A stretch of 64,000 bases of DNA, from NCBI GenBank assembly GCA_964513245.1, contig CAZELO010000009.1:15249-79248 (forward strand). The letters are read 5' to 3'. Numbering within the stretch: the stretch's first letter is position 1; every line of letters begins with the position of its first letter. The notes beneath the pieces are model-generated. The model was not told where the DNA came from. It worked only from the letters and a program-made list of their open reading frames with translations, and ran no database searches. Shown piece after piece: positions 1-9,830 of the stretch. Source of the DNA: an uncultured Candidatus Bathyarchaeia archaeon. Lineage in GTDB: Archaea > Thermoproteota > Bathyarchaeia > Bathyarchaeales > DTEX01. The translations under genes and the position numbers were made by a program.

Positions 1-172
1 GACGGAGAACTGAAAAAGCTTTCAAAGCAAAGGAAAATATATGCAATACCTGAGACAAGCGCCCTTATTTACGATAACGGTGATTTGTCATTCATAGGCG
101 GTGTGTGTTCTTTTTATGAAGGCAAAAAGACAATGATAAACATGTAGCCTTAAGAGAATAGGAGATATTGGT

Positions 173-940
173 GTGCAGCCTGTAGATTTTAAAGATTACA
201 TTCGGATCAACAAGATCCATTGGGATGCAGTTGCCGCTAAGAACTGGGCGGATAAGAAGGCTAAATTGCCAGATATTGTTCAAGATCCAGATTCCTATTT
301 GGAACGAGTAGAACCGAAGATGTTCCCTTATCTGAGGAACCTCAAAGGAAAGCGCATAATCGTACTTCAGTTCGGCGATGCCCACGTGATGCTGGCATGC
401 GCATTGAAGGAAGCCGAAGTTACCGGAGTTGACCTATCCAGCGAGCACATCCAATTGGCAAGAGAATCAGCCAAATTCTGCGGGACCAACGTGAAGCTGA
501 TTAGGACTGATTGCCAGAATCTTCCTCAGAATGTTCCCGCTTCCTATTTTGATCTGGCGGTTGCCGAATGTGGCATCTTCATTTGGATCGCAAACCTTGA
601 TGCGTGGATGAGGAACGCTCATCGTGTGTTGAAAAGAGGCGGGAGACTGGTTGTTCAAGACTTTCATCCGATTTCGTTCGTTGCTAAAGACTGGCATGCA
701 AAGCTAAAAGATGGATTCGTGGCTTTCAGAAAAAGCTATCTAGATCAAAGCCCCGAGGTCCACCAGTCAGGGGATAACATGCCGCCCGCAATCGAGTTCA
801 CTTGGAAGATAAGCGATGTCATAAACGCGGCGATTAACGCAGGATTTCGCGTAGACCATCTGGAAGAGTTCTACGATAGACCTGAAGAAAGCCTTAACCT
901 TATCCCCAACAAATACCTATTAGTCGCAACCAAGAAATAA
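173..940 (+). CDS. class I SAM-dependent methyltransferase
   Basis: Rossmann-type MTase motifs (VLQFGDAHV..., RGGRLVV); GTG start after GGAG-like RBS. Confidence 0.55.
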   Translation: MQPVDFKDYIRINKIHWDAVAAKNWADKKAKLPDIVQDPDSYLERVEPKMFPYLRNLKGKRIIVLQFGDAHVMLACALKEAEVTGVDLSSEHIQLARESAKFCGTNVKLIRTDCQNLPQNVPASYFDLAVAECGIFIWIANLDAWMRNAHRVLKRGGRLVVQDFHPISFVAKDWHAKLKDGFVAFRKSYLDQSPEVHQSGDNMPPAIEFTWKISDVINAAINAGFRVDHLEEFYDRPEESLNLIPNKYLLVATKK

Positions 941-972
941 TCTAAACGGTTAGAAATCTAACATAAGGGTGA

Positions 973-1752
973 GTGCTGATCTTGTCGTTCAAGGAGCAGA
1001 TGAGGGAGTCGGAGAGAAGGAAAGGCTCGAACATAGTCTTAGCCTTGGACATCGTTTCCGAACGAAACGTGGAGCTCCTCAACAAGAGCTTCAAAATCTT
1101 GGAGGAGACACAGCCCTTTATCTGTGCTCTGAAGATGAACCGCCATCTTGTCTTGCCTCTCGGCCTGTTTGACGGCGTGAAAGCGCTCGTAGAGAGGGCG
1201 CATGCCTCAGGTCTTCCCGTGGTCATGGACTGCAAGATCAATGACATAGGCAACACCAACCGCGTCATAGCCAAAAACTATTTTGAAGCAGGCTTCGACG
1301 CTGTTACTGCCAATCCCTTCGTGGGCTGGGAGGAGGGGCTCCAGCCAGTCTTCAGTGTTGCGAAACGCACGGGGCGAGGCGTCATACTTCTCGTCTACAT
1401 GAGCCACAAAGCCGCGTGGGAAGGCTACGGACAACCAGTTTACGACTCACATGCCAAGCAGCCTAAACAGCAATACCAGATATTCGCCGAAAAAGCCTTG
1501 TCATGGCAGGCTGACGGCGCAGTTGTCGGAGCAACGTACCCGGATAAGATAAAAGAGGTGTACGCGATCCTGAAAGAAGAAGTGCCCATCTATGCTCCTG
1601 GCGTCGGCGCCCAAGGAGGCAGCGTGGAAGCCGCAGCTGCGTCCGGCGCGCGCTACTTGATCGTGGGTCGTTCCATCATAGAGACGGATGAGCCTGCTGA
1701 CGCCGCGAAGAGAATGAGGGATATCGCGTCTAGGTCGCAGAAGCGATTGTAG
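973..1752 (+). CDS. pyrF: orotidine 5'-phosphate decarboxylase
   Basis: NIVLALD ... DCKINDIGNT (KxxDIxNT catalytic motif) typical of OMP decarboxylase. Confidence 0.75.
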   Translation: MLILSFKEQMRESERRKGSNIVLALDIVSERNVELLNKSFKILEETQPFICALKMNRHLVLPLGLFDGVKALVERAHASGLPVVMDCKINDIGNTNRVIAKNYFEAGFDAVTANPFVGWEEGLQPVFSVAKRTGRGVILLVYMSHKAAWEGYGQPVYDSHAKQPKQQYQIFAEKALSWQADGAVVGATYPDKIKEVYAILKEEVPIYAPGVGAQGGSVEAAAASGARYLIVGRSIIETDEPADAAKRMRDIASRSQKRL

Positions 1753-1873
1753 AGCAGCCGGCCTCTGGCGTCCGTCCGCAAGTCATCTTTTGTTTTCGTC
1801 AGCAACGGGCTTCATCATGGGCTAGCTACTCTGACATTTAGGGAGCTAGCCGAGAATAAAAAGGGTATTATTC

Positions 1874-2017
1874 TTATCGGGTCCAGATTTCTCTCTTCAG
1901 CAGGTCTCTGACTGCGGCTCGTATGGCTGCGCTTCGGCTGGGGTACATGTTTGCCCTCACGAGTTCGTCGAGACCCTCGAGATAGGCTTCGGGAAGGAGA
2001 ACCGTTACGAGTTTCAT
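1874..2017 (-). CDS. small ribbon-helix-helix (CopG/Arc/MetJ-like) protein, 47 aa, absent from ORF track
   Basis: Own translation of minus strand: MKLVTVLLPEAYLEGLDELVRANMYPSRSAAIRAAVRDLLKREIWTR; beta-strand then two helices with SRSAAIRAAV signature. Confidence 0.45.
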   Translation of the reverse strand: MKLVTVLLPEAYLEGLDELVRANMYPSRSAAIRAAVRDLLKREIWTR

Positions 2018-2128
2018 CGCATCACACCTTGACCGTATCAACTCACCATAATATTCTTATCTACTCCGTATAAAGCTTAAGTTCAAGAAAGCCCACTCAT
2101 AGTTGAAGTCTGCAAGGAGAGTTGCTTT

Positions 2129-3334
2129 GTGACAGAAGAGTTTGACCCGAAAACCTTTACTGAGACACAAATCAAGGAGATAAAGAAAACCGTCGGAAAC
2201 GAGAAGGTCCTGATCGCCCTGTCCGGCGGAGTAGACAGTTCAACCTGCGCCGTGCTGACCCATCTTGCTTTGGGAGAAAACCTGCTCTGCGTGATGCTGG
2301 ATGACGCTTTCATGAGGGAAGGCGAACCTGAAAGAGTTGCTCACGCCCTTTCGCAGCCGCCCCTAAACCTCCCAGTCAAGATAGAGCACGTGCAAAAACG
2401 TTTCCTTGACGCGTTGAAGGGGCTCCAAGACGCTGAAGAGAAGCGCAAAGCCTTCAGAGAAACCTTTTACAGAACGCTTGGCGAGATCGCCAAGAGGGAG
2501 AAAAGCACATACATGGTTCAAGGCACGATACTCGCAGACATTATAGAGACAAAGGGAGGCATAAAGACCCAGCACAACGTCCTCGAACAGATGGGCATAA
2601 GCACACGCGAAGTCTACGGCTTCAAAGTCGTTGAACCCCTCGTGAGCCTCCTAAAGTGGCAGGTCAGAGAAGTCGCCAGACACCTCAAAATTCCACCCGA
2701 AATCTCAGAACGCCAACCGTTCCCGGGACCAGGACTCTCTGTCAGAGTCGTCGGCGAGATAAGACCGGATAAACTGGCATCGCTTAAGCGGGCAACAACG
2801 ATAACGGAGAAGAACTTTGCGGGGCATAAGCCGAGCCAATACTTCGCGGTCATCGTAGACAACGTGGAGGCAGAGGATCATCCAGCTGCCAAGAAAGCCG
2901 AGGAGACAGCGGCAAAGATTTTGGGGCTCAACTGCGGGGATGTCTCAGCCAGAGTTCTCCGAGACAAGGCGACGGGCATGGTGGAGAAGACGCGCAGATA
3001 CGGTGACATTGTTGTTTTGAGTTGTCGCAAGGCTGATGGTGCCCCTCTTGAAGAGCCCGTAGGCAAACTGGTTGAACTCCAAAAGGCGATTGTCCTTGAG
3101 AATCCGTCGGTGACGAGGGTTCTATACGTGGTCTCTGACTCCGCGAAGAAAGAGCCGTACGTTGTCTCCATGAGGGCGGTGAGCACAAGAGACTTTCTCA
3201 CGGCAAAGGTAACGGACATTCCGTGGTCAACCTTGAAGGCAACATCTGCTTGTATCCTTGAAGAATGCGGCAACGTTTCTTGGGTCTGCTATGATGTGAC
3301 GCCTAAGCCACCCGCCACCGTAGAAATGGAGTGA
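2129..3334 (+). CDS. guaA: GMP synthase, ATP pyrophosphatase subunit (archaeal subunit B)
   Basis: PP-loop SGGVDSS, IKTQHNV, FPGPGL, C-terminal YDVTPKPPATVEME dimerisation signature. Confidence 0.8.
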   Translation: MTEEFDPKTFTETQIKEIKKTVGNEKVLIALSGGVDSSTCAVLTHLALGENLLCVMLDDAFMREGEPERVAHALSQPPLNLPVKIEHVQKRFLDALKGLQDAEEKRKAFRETFYRTLGEIAKREKSTYMVQGTILADIIETKGGIKTQHNVLEQMGISTREVYGFKVVEPLVSLLKWQVREVARHLKIPPEISERQPFPGPGLSVRVVGEIRPDKLASLKRATTITEKNFAGHKPSQYFAVIVDNVEAEDHPAAKKAEETAAKILGLNCGDVSARVLRDKATGMVEKTRRYGDIVVLSCRKADGAPLEEPVGKLVELQKAIVLENPSVTRVLYVVSDSAKKEPYVVSMRAVSTRDFLTAKVTDIPWSTLKATSACILEECGNVSWVCYDVTPKPPATVEME

Positions 3335-3417
3335 GTCCTCGGAAACCGGCTGAACACGGGAACACCTTTATTTGGGCAGCCCCTGATATGATACTTTGAT
3401 AGCAGAGAGGAAAAGCG

Positions 3418-3744
3418 ATGATAAGGGTAAGGGTTCAACGCATAGAGTCGATCAAAGACCCAGAGGGAAACTTGGGCAAACGCGTCGAACTAGTCGAAGA
3501 GAGCATGGTGCCCCGTTTTGCGCTTCGACCGCCGACCGAGGAAGCCCGCATGGTCCAAGATGTCTTCAAGGCGATGCAACAACAAGTCCCCATGCTGAAC
3601 ATTCAGACGCAGCTTAGTTTCCCGAAGATGATTCTCTTCCTGACCGAGCGAGAGTACGAGGAGCTCGGCGTAACTTTTGATGTGAACCAGCTCTACGACA
3701 TTGAGCTTGCCGACCAAACAATAAAATTCAGAAGAGTACCCTAG
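3418..3744 (+). CDS. hypothetical protein
   Basis: ORF with coding-like composition, no recognisable motif. Confidence 0.3.
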   Translation: MIRVRVQRIESIKDPEGNLGKRVELVEESMVPRFALRPPTEEARMVQDVFKAMQQQVPMLNIQTQLSFPKMILFLTEREYEELGVTFDVNQLYDIELADQTIKFRRVP

Positions 3745-3836
3745 CCACCGCTACACGTCAGCGAAATAGAAGACAGAGACCCAATCGGGCACAATCAGCA
3801 GACTGAAAGGCAAGACTCGGCAGCGAGCGTGGACGC

Positions 3837-4109
3837 TTGAAAGTCAAGGCACACGTATTTATCAGCGGGCATGTTCAGGGAGTCTTCTTCAGGTTCGAGA
3901 CTAGGAGAAAAGCGCGGGATCACAACGTTGCTGGGTGGGCGCGGAACCTGTCTGATGGAAGAGTTGAGGCGGTCTTTGAAGGCGAAAAGAAAGATGTAGA
4001 AGCCATGGTTGACTTCTGCCGCAGGGGACCGTCTGGCGCCGTTGTTAGAGATGTTGAGGTTTTCTGGGAGGAGCCCAAGGGAGAAGAAGGTTTCGGCATT
4101 TTGTACTGA
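3837..4109 (+). CDS. acyP: acylphosphatase
   Basis: VQGVFFR and GWARNLSDGRVE motifs, 90 aa. Confidence 0.8.
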   Translation: MKVKAHVFISGHVQGVFFRFETRRKARDHNVAGWARNLSDGRVEAVFEGEKKDVEAMVDFCRRGPSGAVVRDVEVFWEEPKGEEGFGILY

Positions 4110-4133
4110 ACCAAAAAAGATATTAGGCTTTAT

Positions 4134-4559
4134 GTGCTCATAATGGCGAGTTATTTGTGGGCGAGGGGCATGTCCTTCGAAGACATTGGAGGTATAGGAT
4201 TGGGTGAAGGATGGGTCGAAACTTCCGAGAAGATACTTGACCAGATGCGGAAGCTGGGGAACAAAAAAGAAAAGGATCGCTTAGACCTAGTGCAGTCAAT
4301 GAGATTCTCGATTTACGCCATGCACAGGAGCCTTCTAGGCTGGATGAACTGGGTGAACAACCCTGACATAATGTCTTCTTTCAGCAGAGAAGAGCTTGAC
4401 GAGATGAACAAGAAGCTCAAGGGATTCGTCGAAGACTTCATCAAATACGACGTGAAGGCAACGCTGCAGGGAGCAGACAAAGGCACACTCATGCGAGAAG
4501 CCAGACAAGCAGCAGAGGAACAAGCCAGAAGAAGCCCAGAAGACCAATTCTACATATAG
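4134..4559 (+). CDS. hypothetical protein
   Basis: ORF only. Confidence 0.3.
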   Translation: MLIMASYLWARGMSFEDIGGIGLGEGWVETSEKILDQMRKLGNKKEKDRLDLVQSMRFSIYAMHRSLLGWMNWVNNPDIMSSFSREELDEMNKKLKGFVEDFIKYDVKATLQGADKGTLMREARQAAEEQARRSPEDQFYI

Positions 4560-4597
4560 ATCTGCGCACGTTGTCACTTGTGCGAGATTTAGGTTCG

Positions 4598-4996
4598 TCA
4601 GGTTTTCCTAGGAACTTTGAAGTGGGATTCTCTGCCTTGGCTGACGTATTCGCCTCCGAGCTGCTCTCTAACGATGGAGGCTACTTTTGCGAAGACTTCT
4701 GAACCGAGGAACTGCCTCGGCTTTACGAGCACGTTTTCCTCAGTCACCTCAAAATAAAGCATACCCGCCAAGTCGGAAGGAAAAACCCGCTGGACATCTT
4801 CAACCGTCCGCATAGCAGCAGGGGCGCCTGCTCTCTCGAAAGATGGAGCCCCCTGAGACACTGGAGCGGAAGCAGCAACCGTGGCTCTCAGTGTTTTCGA
4901 AATTTCTGCAAGGTCCTCGGATAGAACCTTCAAGATATCGAGGAGATCGCTGATGCGTTTCAGAACTTCTTCAACGCTAGATTTCTCTTCCGCCAT
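4598..4996 (-). CDS. hypothetical protein
   Basis: ORF only. Confidence 0.3.
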   Translation of the reverse strand: MAEEKSSVEEVLKRISDLLDILKVLSEDLAEISKTLRATVAASAPVSQGAPSFERAGAPAAMRTVEDVQRVFPSDLAGMLYFEVTEENVLVKPRQFLGSEVFAKVASIVREQLGGEYVSQGRESHFKVPRKT

Positions 4997-5214
4997 TGAC
5001 TGATCCCTTCTCCTACCTGATCTGTTACTTTGCCCCCTAATTTGTTTTATTGTTATGATGCAATTTGGTCAGATGCCAAAAATCGGAAACCTACAGCATC
5101 ATTGTCGCTACAGGGGGGAGAGATTGAAAAACCTTGCTTTAGTTGCAGCTTTACTTGATCTACCTTGGCACACTGTCCATCCGATCCGAGTTAGCTTAGA
5201 TAAAGGTTTCACGA

Positions 5215-7149
5215 TTATCTGTGAATCAATCGAGAGGAGTTTAGGAATAGGATGAAGTCAGGAAGCGCATGGGCTGCGGCGGCCATCGTGGGACTCAGGA
5301 CGCCCATGTACGCCAGTGTCACCCCAACAATGTTGAAGACAATGCTTGCTGCAATGTTTTGCCTGATCACCTTGAAGGTCTGATCTCCAATCTTGATGGC
5401 TTCCGGGATTTTCGTTAGATCGTCGGTCATCAGGGCGATGTCCGCCGTCTCTATAGCCGCGTCTGTCCCTGCTGCTCCCATAGCGATGCCCACGGAGGCC
5501 TGAGCCAATGCCGGCGCATCGTTTATGCCATCCCCCACCATCACCACTTTCTTTCCGCTCTCCACGAGTTTCCTCACCACGTCAACCTTTCCTTCGGGAA
5601 GCATCTCGGCAAAGACTTCGTTTATGCCTGCCTTCTTCGCTATGGCCTGGGCAGTACGAGGGTTGTCGCCAGTGAGCATGATCAACCTTACACCTCTATC
5701 CTTCAACTCTTTCAGGGCACGGATGGCATCCTCTCTTAAGGTGTCTGATACGGAGATGACACCACAAACGTTGTTGTCGTGGGCAACCAGCATCGCGGTC
5801 TTCCCCTCTTCTTCCTCATGAAGCATGTAATCCTCCACATCCGCAGGAATGTCGACATCCCTGTCTCTAAGCAGCTCCCTGTTGCCTATAGTCAGAGTCT
5901 GATTGTTACAAGTTACAACAACGCCCTTTCCACGTATGACATGGCATTCCTCGTGTTCAGGTATCTCGATCTGATGATCTTTTGCAGTTTCAAGAATGGC
6001 TCCGGCTAAGGGATGCCCAGAGTGTTTCTCGGCGATGGCCGCTAAAGTGAGTATCTCCCTCTCATTATGCGCATCGAAGCCCTTGACATCCGTTACTCTA
6101 GGCTTCCCTATGGTGAGGGTTCCAGTCTTGTCCATTACAACCGTGTCTACGCGTCCCAACTCCTCCAAATAGATCCCGCCTTTTACGATAATCCCCTTTC
6201 TCGCCGCCCTTCCCACACTTGCCACTATGGCAAGGGGTGTCGCCAACGCCACTGCACATGGACAGGCTACCACGGCCACTGCGATGGAAGAATTGATGTT
6301 TCTGGTGATCATGAAGGTGAGGAAGGCAACGACTAGAACGAGGGGTACGAAGTAGGTTGCAAAGCGATCAGCCGCCTTTTGAATCGGCGCCTTAGACCGT
6401 TCAGCCTCCTCGACTAGCTCAATGATCCGAGCCAATGTGGTATCCTTGCCTATCTTGGTTGTTCTCACCTCAATCAGGCCAAGCTCATTAATAGTGCCAG
6501 TAAACACTTCGTCGCCAACCTCTTTCTCCATAGGCATGGATTCTCCAGTGATCGTGGCTTGGTTGACAGAGGCGTGTCCAGCAACCACGATACCGTCTAC
6601 TGGTATTCTCTCTCCGGATTTGACGATAACAACATCGTCCTGCTTCACCTCACTTGTGCCTATCTCCACCTCGACGGCATTCCGCTTAACAACTGCTTTC
6701 TTGGGCGATATCTCTATCAACCCACGGATGGCGGATCTGCCCTTACTGATGATAAACTTGTCTAAAAACTCGGCTATCAGCATAAAAAAGGCTATGACAG
6801 CAGCTGACAGAAACTCGCCTATGGACAGCGCGGCGATCATACCCATGGTCATTGCCACTTCAGCCGTTATCGATTTGGCTTTAAGGTCAAGATACGCCCT
6901 CTTGAAGAGTGGCAAACCACCGAAAAGGGCTACTACGAGTCCGACTATGTCAAGGGAAACGAAAGGACGCAGAGCCTCAGACCAACTAACCAAGATCATC
7001 AGACCAACCGCTAAGATAAGAGAAAGTTCCAAGGTTCGATTTCCATCGGGAACCTCTTTGATCTCCGAATCCTGCAAACTGATGCGAACCCCTGAAGACG
7101 GCTGAACATGCCAGACGTTCATTTGATCCGATAATAAGGTTGCTGGCAA
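5215..7149 (-). CDS. heavy-metal translocating P1B-type ATPase (no N-terminal HMA domain)
   Basis: CPC in TM6 (VVACPCAVALATP), DKTGTLT, GDGINDAPAL; N-terminus has no CxxC metal-binding domain. Confidence 0.85.
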   Translation of the reverse strand: MPATLLSDQMNVWHVQPSSGVRISLQDSEIKEVPDGNRTLELSLILAVGLMILVSWSEALRPFVSLDIVGLVVALFGGLPLFKRAYLDLKAKSITAEVAMTMGMIAALSIGEFLSAAVIAFFMLIAEFLDKFIISKGRSAIRGLIEISPKKAVVKRNAVEVEIGTSEVKQDDVVIVKSGERIPVDGIVVAGHASVNQATITGESMPMEKEVGDEVFTGTINELGLIEVRTTKIGKDTTLARIIELVEEAERSKAPIQKAADRFATYFVPLVLVVAFLTFMITRNINSSIAVAVVACPCAVALATPLAIVASVGRAARKGIIVKGGIYLEELGRVDTVVMDKTGTLTIGKPRVTDVKGFDAHNEREILTLAAIAEKHSGHPLAGAILETAKDHQIEIPEHEECHVIRGKGVVVTCNNQTLTIGNRELLRDRDVDIPADVEDYMLHEEEEGKTAMLVAHDNNVCGVISVSDTLREDAIRALKELKDRGVRLIMLTGDNPRTAQAIAKKAGINEVFAEMLPEGKVDVVRKLVESGKKVVMVGDGINDAPALAQASVGIAMGAAGTDAAIETADIALMTDDLTKIPEAIKIGDQTFKVIRQNIAASIVFNIVGVTLAYMGVLSPTMAAAAHALPDFILFLNSSRLIHR

Positions 7150-7184
7150 AGATTGCCAATGTTGTGCCTAGGATTTGTCAAAGC

Positions 7185-7574
7185 CTAAGCAACGGTGACC
7201 CTGACAACTTCGATGCCTCTTATGACCCTAAGCCTCTCAGCAAACTCTTTTATCCTTGCGATGTCTCCTCTTGTGAGGATAACTTCAAGGCAGGACCCAC
7301 GCATATGATTGTGCAAGGTGGTTGAAATAATATCCTCATACTTGTGTTGCAGTCGGCTAATCTCTTCAAACATGCCTCTTCTATCAATGTTAAAGGTTAT
7401 GGTAACCACGGCCAATGCTGTTCCTGTCAACCTCGACGACCACTCAGCTTCACTGAACAAGGTTCTTAGGGCCTCTCGCACAATCTCTGAACGACTGGCG
7501 TATTGCTTCTCTTTAGCCATTCCATCGAGCTTTACTATCATCTCGTTCGGAAGCGATACATTGATTGTACCCAT
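7185..7574 (-). CDS. nikR: NikR-family nickel-responsive regulator (RHH + C-terminal metal-binding domain)
   Basis: N-terminal RHH (TINVSLPNEMIVKLD...SRSEIVREALR) and HxH...C motif (TLHNHMRGSC); start moved to internal Met. Confidence 0.65.
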   Translation of the reverse strand: MGTINVSLPNEMIVKLDGMAKEKQYASRSEIVREALRTLFSEAEWSSRLTGTALAVVTITFNIDRRGMFEEISRLQHKYEDIISTTLHNHMRGSCLEVILTRGDIARIKEFAERLRVIRGIEVVRVTVA

Positions 7575-7778
7575 GCATAACCCTCTAGGACAATTACTAT
7601 CTAACATCAATGATGCTTATCTACTCATCCCGTTCTTTTACTCGAACAACATGTTGCCATAGTATCGTATAGCTAAAATCTAGCATCGTGGCTTACTATT
7701 ACGAGGTCTTAACCGACAACACGCTAGAAACAGACCAGCAAAATGGAGCCCAAATGTATCGAAATAGAGGAAGGATAG

Positions 7779-8813
7779 ATGCTCGAAATAGATGGAAGCC
7801 AGAAGAGCGGAAGCGGAACCATTCTGCGCATGGCAGTCGCCCTATCCGCGATAGTGGGTAGTCCACTGCACATATGCAACATTCGAAAGAAACGTGACCA
7901 GTCCGGGCTCAAGCCGCAACACCTAGAAGCCGTGCTTACAGCCGCAAAACTTTGCGACGCAGAGATAAAAGGCGCAACACTAGGCTCGCAGGAGCTTTGG
8001 TTTACGCCCAGCCAGATAAAGGGCGGCGAGATGCACGCGGAAATCGGGACAGCCGGCAGCATACCGATGCTGGTCATGACTGTTCTGCCCATATGCGCCT
8101 TTGCGGAGCAGCCTGTGATCCTGCACATAACGCGGGGTGGAACCGACGTCCGACATTCGCCGACGACGAATTATCTTGCCCATGTCCTTCTGCCGATGCT
8201 GAACCGCATGGGGTTGGATGCCTCGATAACCGTCCACAAGTACGGGTATTACCCGAAGGGCATGGGCGAAGCCACATTGAGGGTTCAACCGTGCAGGGGG
8301 CTTAAGCCGCTCGTGTTGAAGGAGTTCGGCAAGGTCACAAATGTGGGCGGAATCTCCACATGTACCTTTTTGGCGGACAGAAGGGTGGCTGAACGTCAGG
8401 CGCGAGAAGCTGAAAGGCTTTTGAGACAAAGAGGCTTCGAACCCAGCATCAGAATAGTCAACGACTTCTCCAATCCCCTTCAGAAGGGAAGCTCCCTCGT
8501 CCTCTGGGCTGAAACGGACACAGGTGCGCTGCTTGGCGGAGACGCGATTGGCGAAATCGGCAAGCCGAGTGAGGCTGTGGCACAAGAGGCTACGAGAAAT
8601 CTTCTCGCTGAGATCGATGCCATGGCTACGGCGGACGTTCACCTTGCAGATCTGCTGGTGCCGTATGTGGCACTTGCCCGAGGCGGATCTGTTTATTTGG
8701 CGCGGCAGGTTACGGATCACGTTGAAGCAAATATTTGGCTTGCATCTGAGATTTTAGGCGTCAGTTTCAGAGTTGAAAAGAAGGGTGCACTATATCAGAT
8801 TGCCAAAACGTAG
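7779..8813 (+). CDS. rtcA: RNA 3'-terminal phosphate cyclase
   Basis: EIDGSQKSGSGTILRMAVALSAI N-terminus and overall RtcA-like length. Confidence 0.85.
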   Translation: MLEIDGSQKSGSGTILRMAVALSAIVGSPLHICNIRKKRDQSGLKPQHLEAVLTAAKLCDAEIKGATLGSQELWFTPSQIKGGEMHAEIGTAGSIPMLVMTVLPICAFAEQPVILHITRGGTDVRHSPTTNYLAHVLLPMLNRMGLDASITVHKYGYYPKGMGEATLRVQPCRGLKPLVLKEFGKVTNVGGISTCTFLADRRVAERQAREAERLLRQRGFEPSIRIVNDFSNPLQKGSSLVLWAETDTGALLGGDAIGEIGKPSEAVAQEATRNLLAEIDAMATADVHLADLLVPYVALARGGSVYLARQVTDHVEANIWLASEILGVSFRVEKKGALYQIAKT

Positions 8814-9075
8814 GCATCGGAACTGCAGGAATTTCACGGTCAAAGCCAGAGTAGAAAGGGGAGCCTGCTCTACAGCGCTCGTGCAACTGGTTGGTATTAT
8901 GGGCTTCACGATAGTCCATTTTTCCAGTCAACTCGGATACCTATGACAGGTCGGATAAACTGGTTGCCGATGGCTGTATCTCCAGCAAGATGCGCCTGAT
9001 TTTTGAGGAAATTTTGAATTTTTTGAGCCTAGAGACCGAGAAAGACGAAAAAATAGGCTGCAAGATGCTTCATAG

Positions 9076-9129
9076 GGGTTCTGTTACCTCTTCGGTTGAT
9101 ATGTAATGCTGTTACTTTTCGGTTGATAA
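9076..9129. repeat. left terminal inverted repeat of IS6-family element
   Basis: gggttctgttacctcttcggttgatatgtaatgctgttacttttcggttgataa; exact reverse complement at 12075-12128. Confidence 0.8.
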
Positions 9130-9216
9130 ATACAATTTCTAGCTACATATTCCGAGTTCATAAAACATAACAAAGAACCATAAGATAAATAAAAAGGAGC
9201 ATAGCATTAACTAGCT

Positions 9217-9549
9217 ATGATTTGGCCAAAAACAAAGGCTGCTCTATGGAGATATACGCCTCGTGGAATCAAGGTATTCCTCAAAAAGACCACTTGGTAT
9301 GATCATATTTGTCGTGGTCATGTAGAGATGAATAATTCATTGGAGGATGTGATAAGAGCATTAGAGAGACCTGAAGCAACCCATGCCTTCAAAAGAGATA
9401 GATTTAGCTACTGCTATTCTCAACGGAGAGGAAGCTTTATAATGTTAGTTTACAAGGTAAGTGGAAGATTGGGATGGGTGAAAACGGCATACATGGTACA
9501 AAACCCTTATGTAGAAGTAGAAGGCTATAATAGAGTGTGGCCAATATGA
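9217..9549 (+). CDS. hypothetical small protein, possible toxin-like partner (DUF4258-like) of downstream DUF2283 gene
   Basis: 13-bp overlap with next ORF in a TA-like arrangement; no strong motif. Confidence 0.3.
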   Translation: MIWPKTKAALWRYTPRGIKVFLKKTTWYDHICRGHVEMNNSLEDVIRALERPEATHAFKRDRFSYCYSQRRGSFIMLVYKVSGRLGWVKTAYMVQNPYVEVEGYNRVWPI

Positions 9550-9830
9550 GTGAAATAATAGATGTGGCTACAAATGTTTTTCATGCGATAAAACCAGACT
9601 CTGAAATAACTATAGATTACGATGAGGAAGCAGATGTCCTGTATATCAATTACCATAATAGCCCTCTTCAGAAAGCAGATTTTGGAAGAAGATTCGGTGA
9701 CTATATTGTTAGAATAAGACAAACATTAGTGATTGGTGTCACAATCATTAATGCCTCACTTCATTTGAAGAAGAGTTTTTCAGATAAACCATCAATACTT
9801 ACCGAACCATTTACTCTTCGGATTGCCTAA
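9537..9830 (+). CDS. DUF2283-family small protein (antitoxin-like)
   Basis: ITIDYDEEADVLYI ... GVTIINAS matches the DUF2283 pattern. Confidence 0.5.
   Translation: MANMSEIIDVATNVFHAIKPDSEITIDYDEEADVLYINYHNSPLQKADFGRRFGDYIVRIRQTLVIGVTIINASLHLKKSFSDKPSILTEPFTLRIA

Noticed and set aside
5525-7105. Plus-strand ORFs (5525..5821, 6422..7105 and others) inside the P1B ATPase gene
   Set aside because: Low-complexity S/T/P-rich translations antisense to a strongly supported CDS. These are shadow ORFs.
7659-7699. ATAGTA-N28-TACTAT inverted repeat in the nikR/rtcA divergent region as a NikR operator
   Set aside because: Half-sites are only 6 bp and the spacing is atypical. Kept only as a note inside the NikR finding.
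7980-8720. 246-aa minus-strand ORF and several R/G-rich ORFs overlapping rtcA
   Set aside because: Antisense shadow ORFs in a GC-rich gene. rtcA has clear family motifs.
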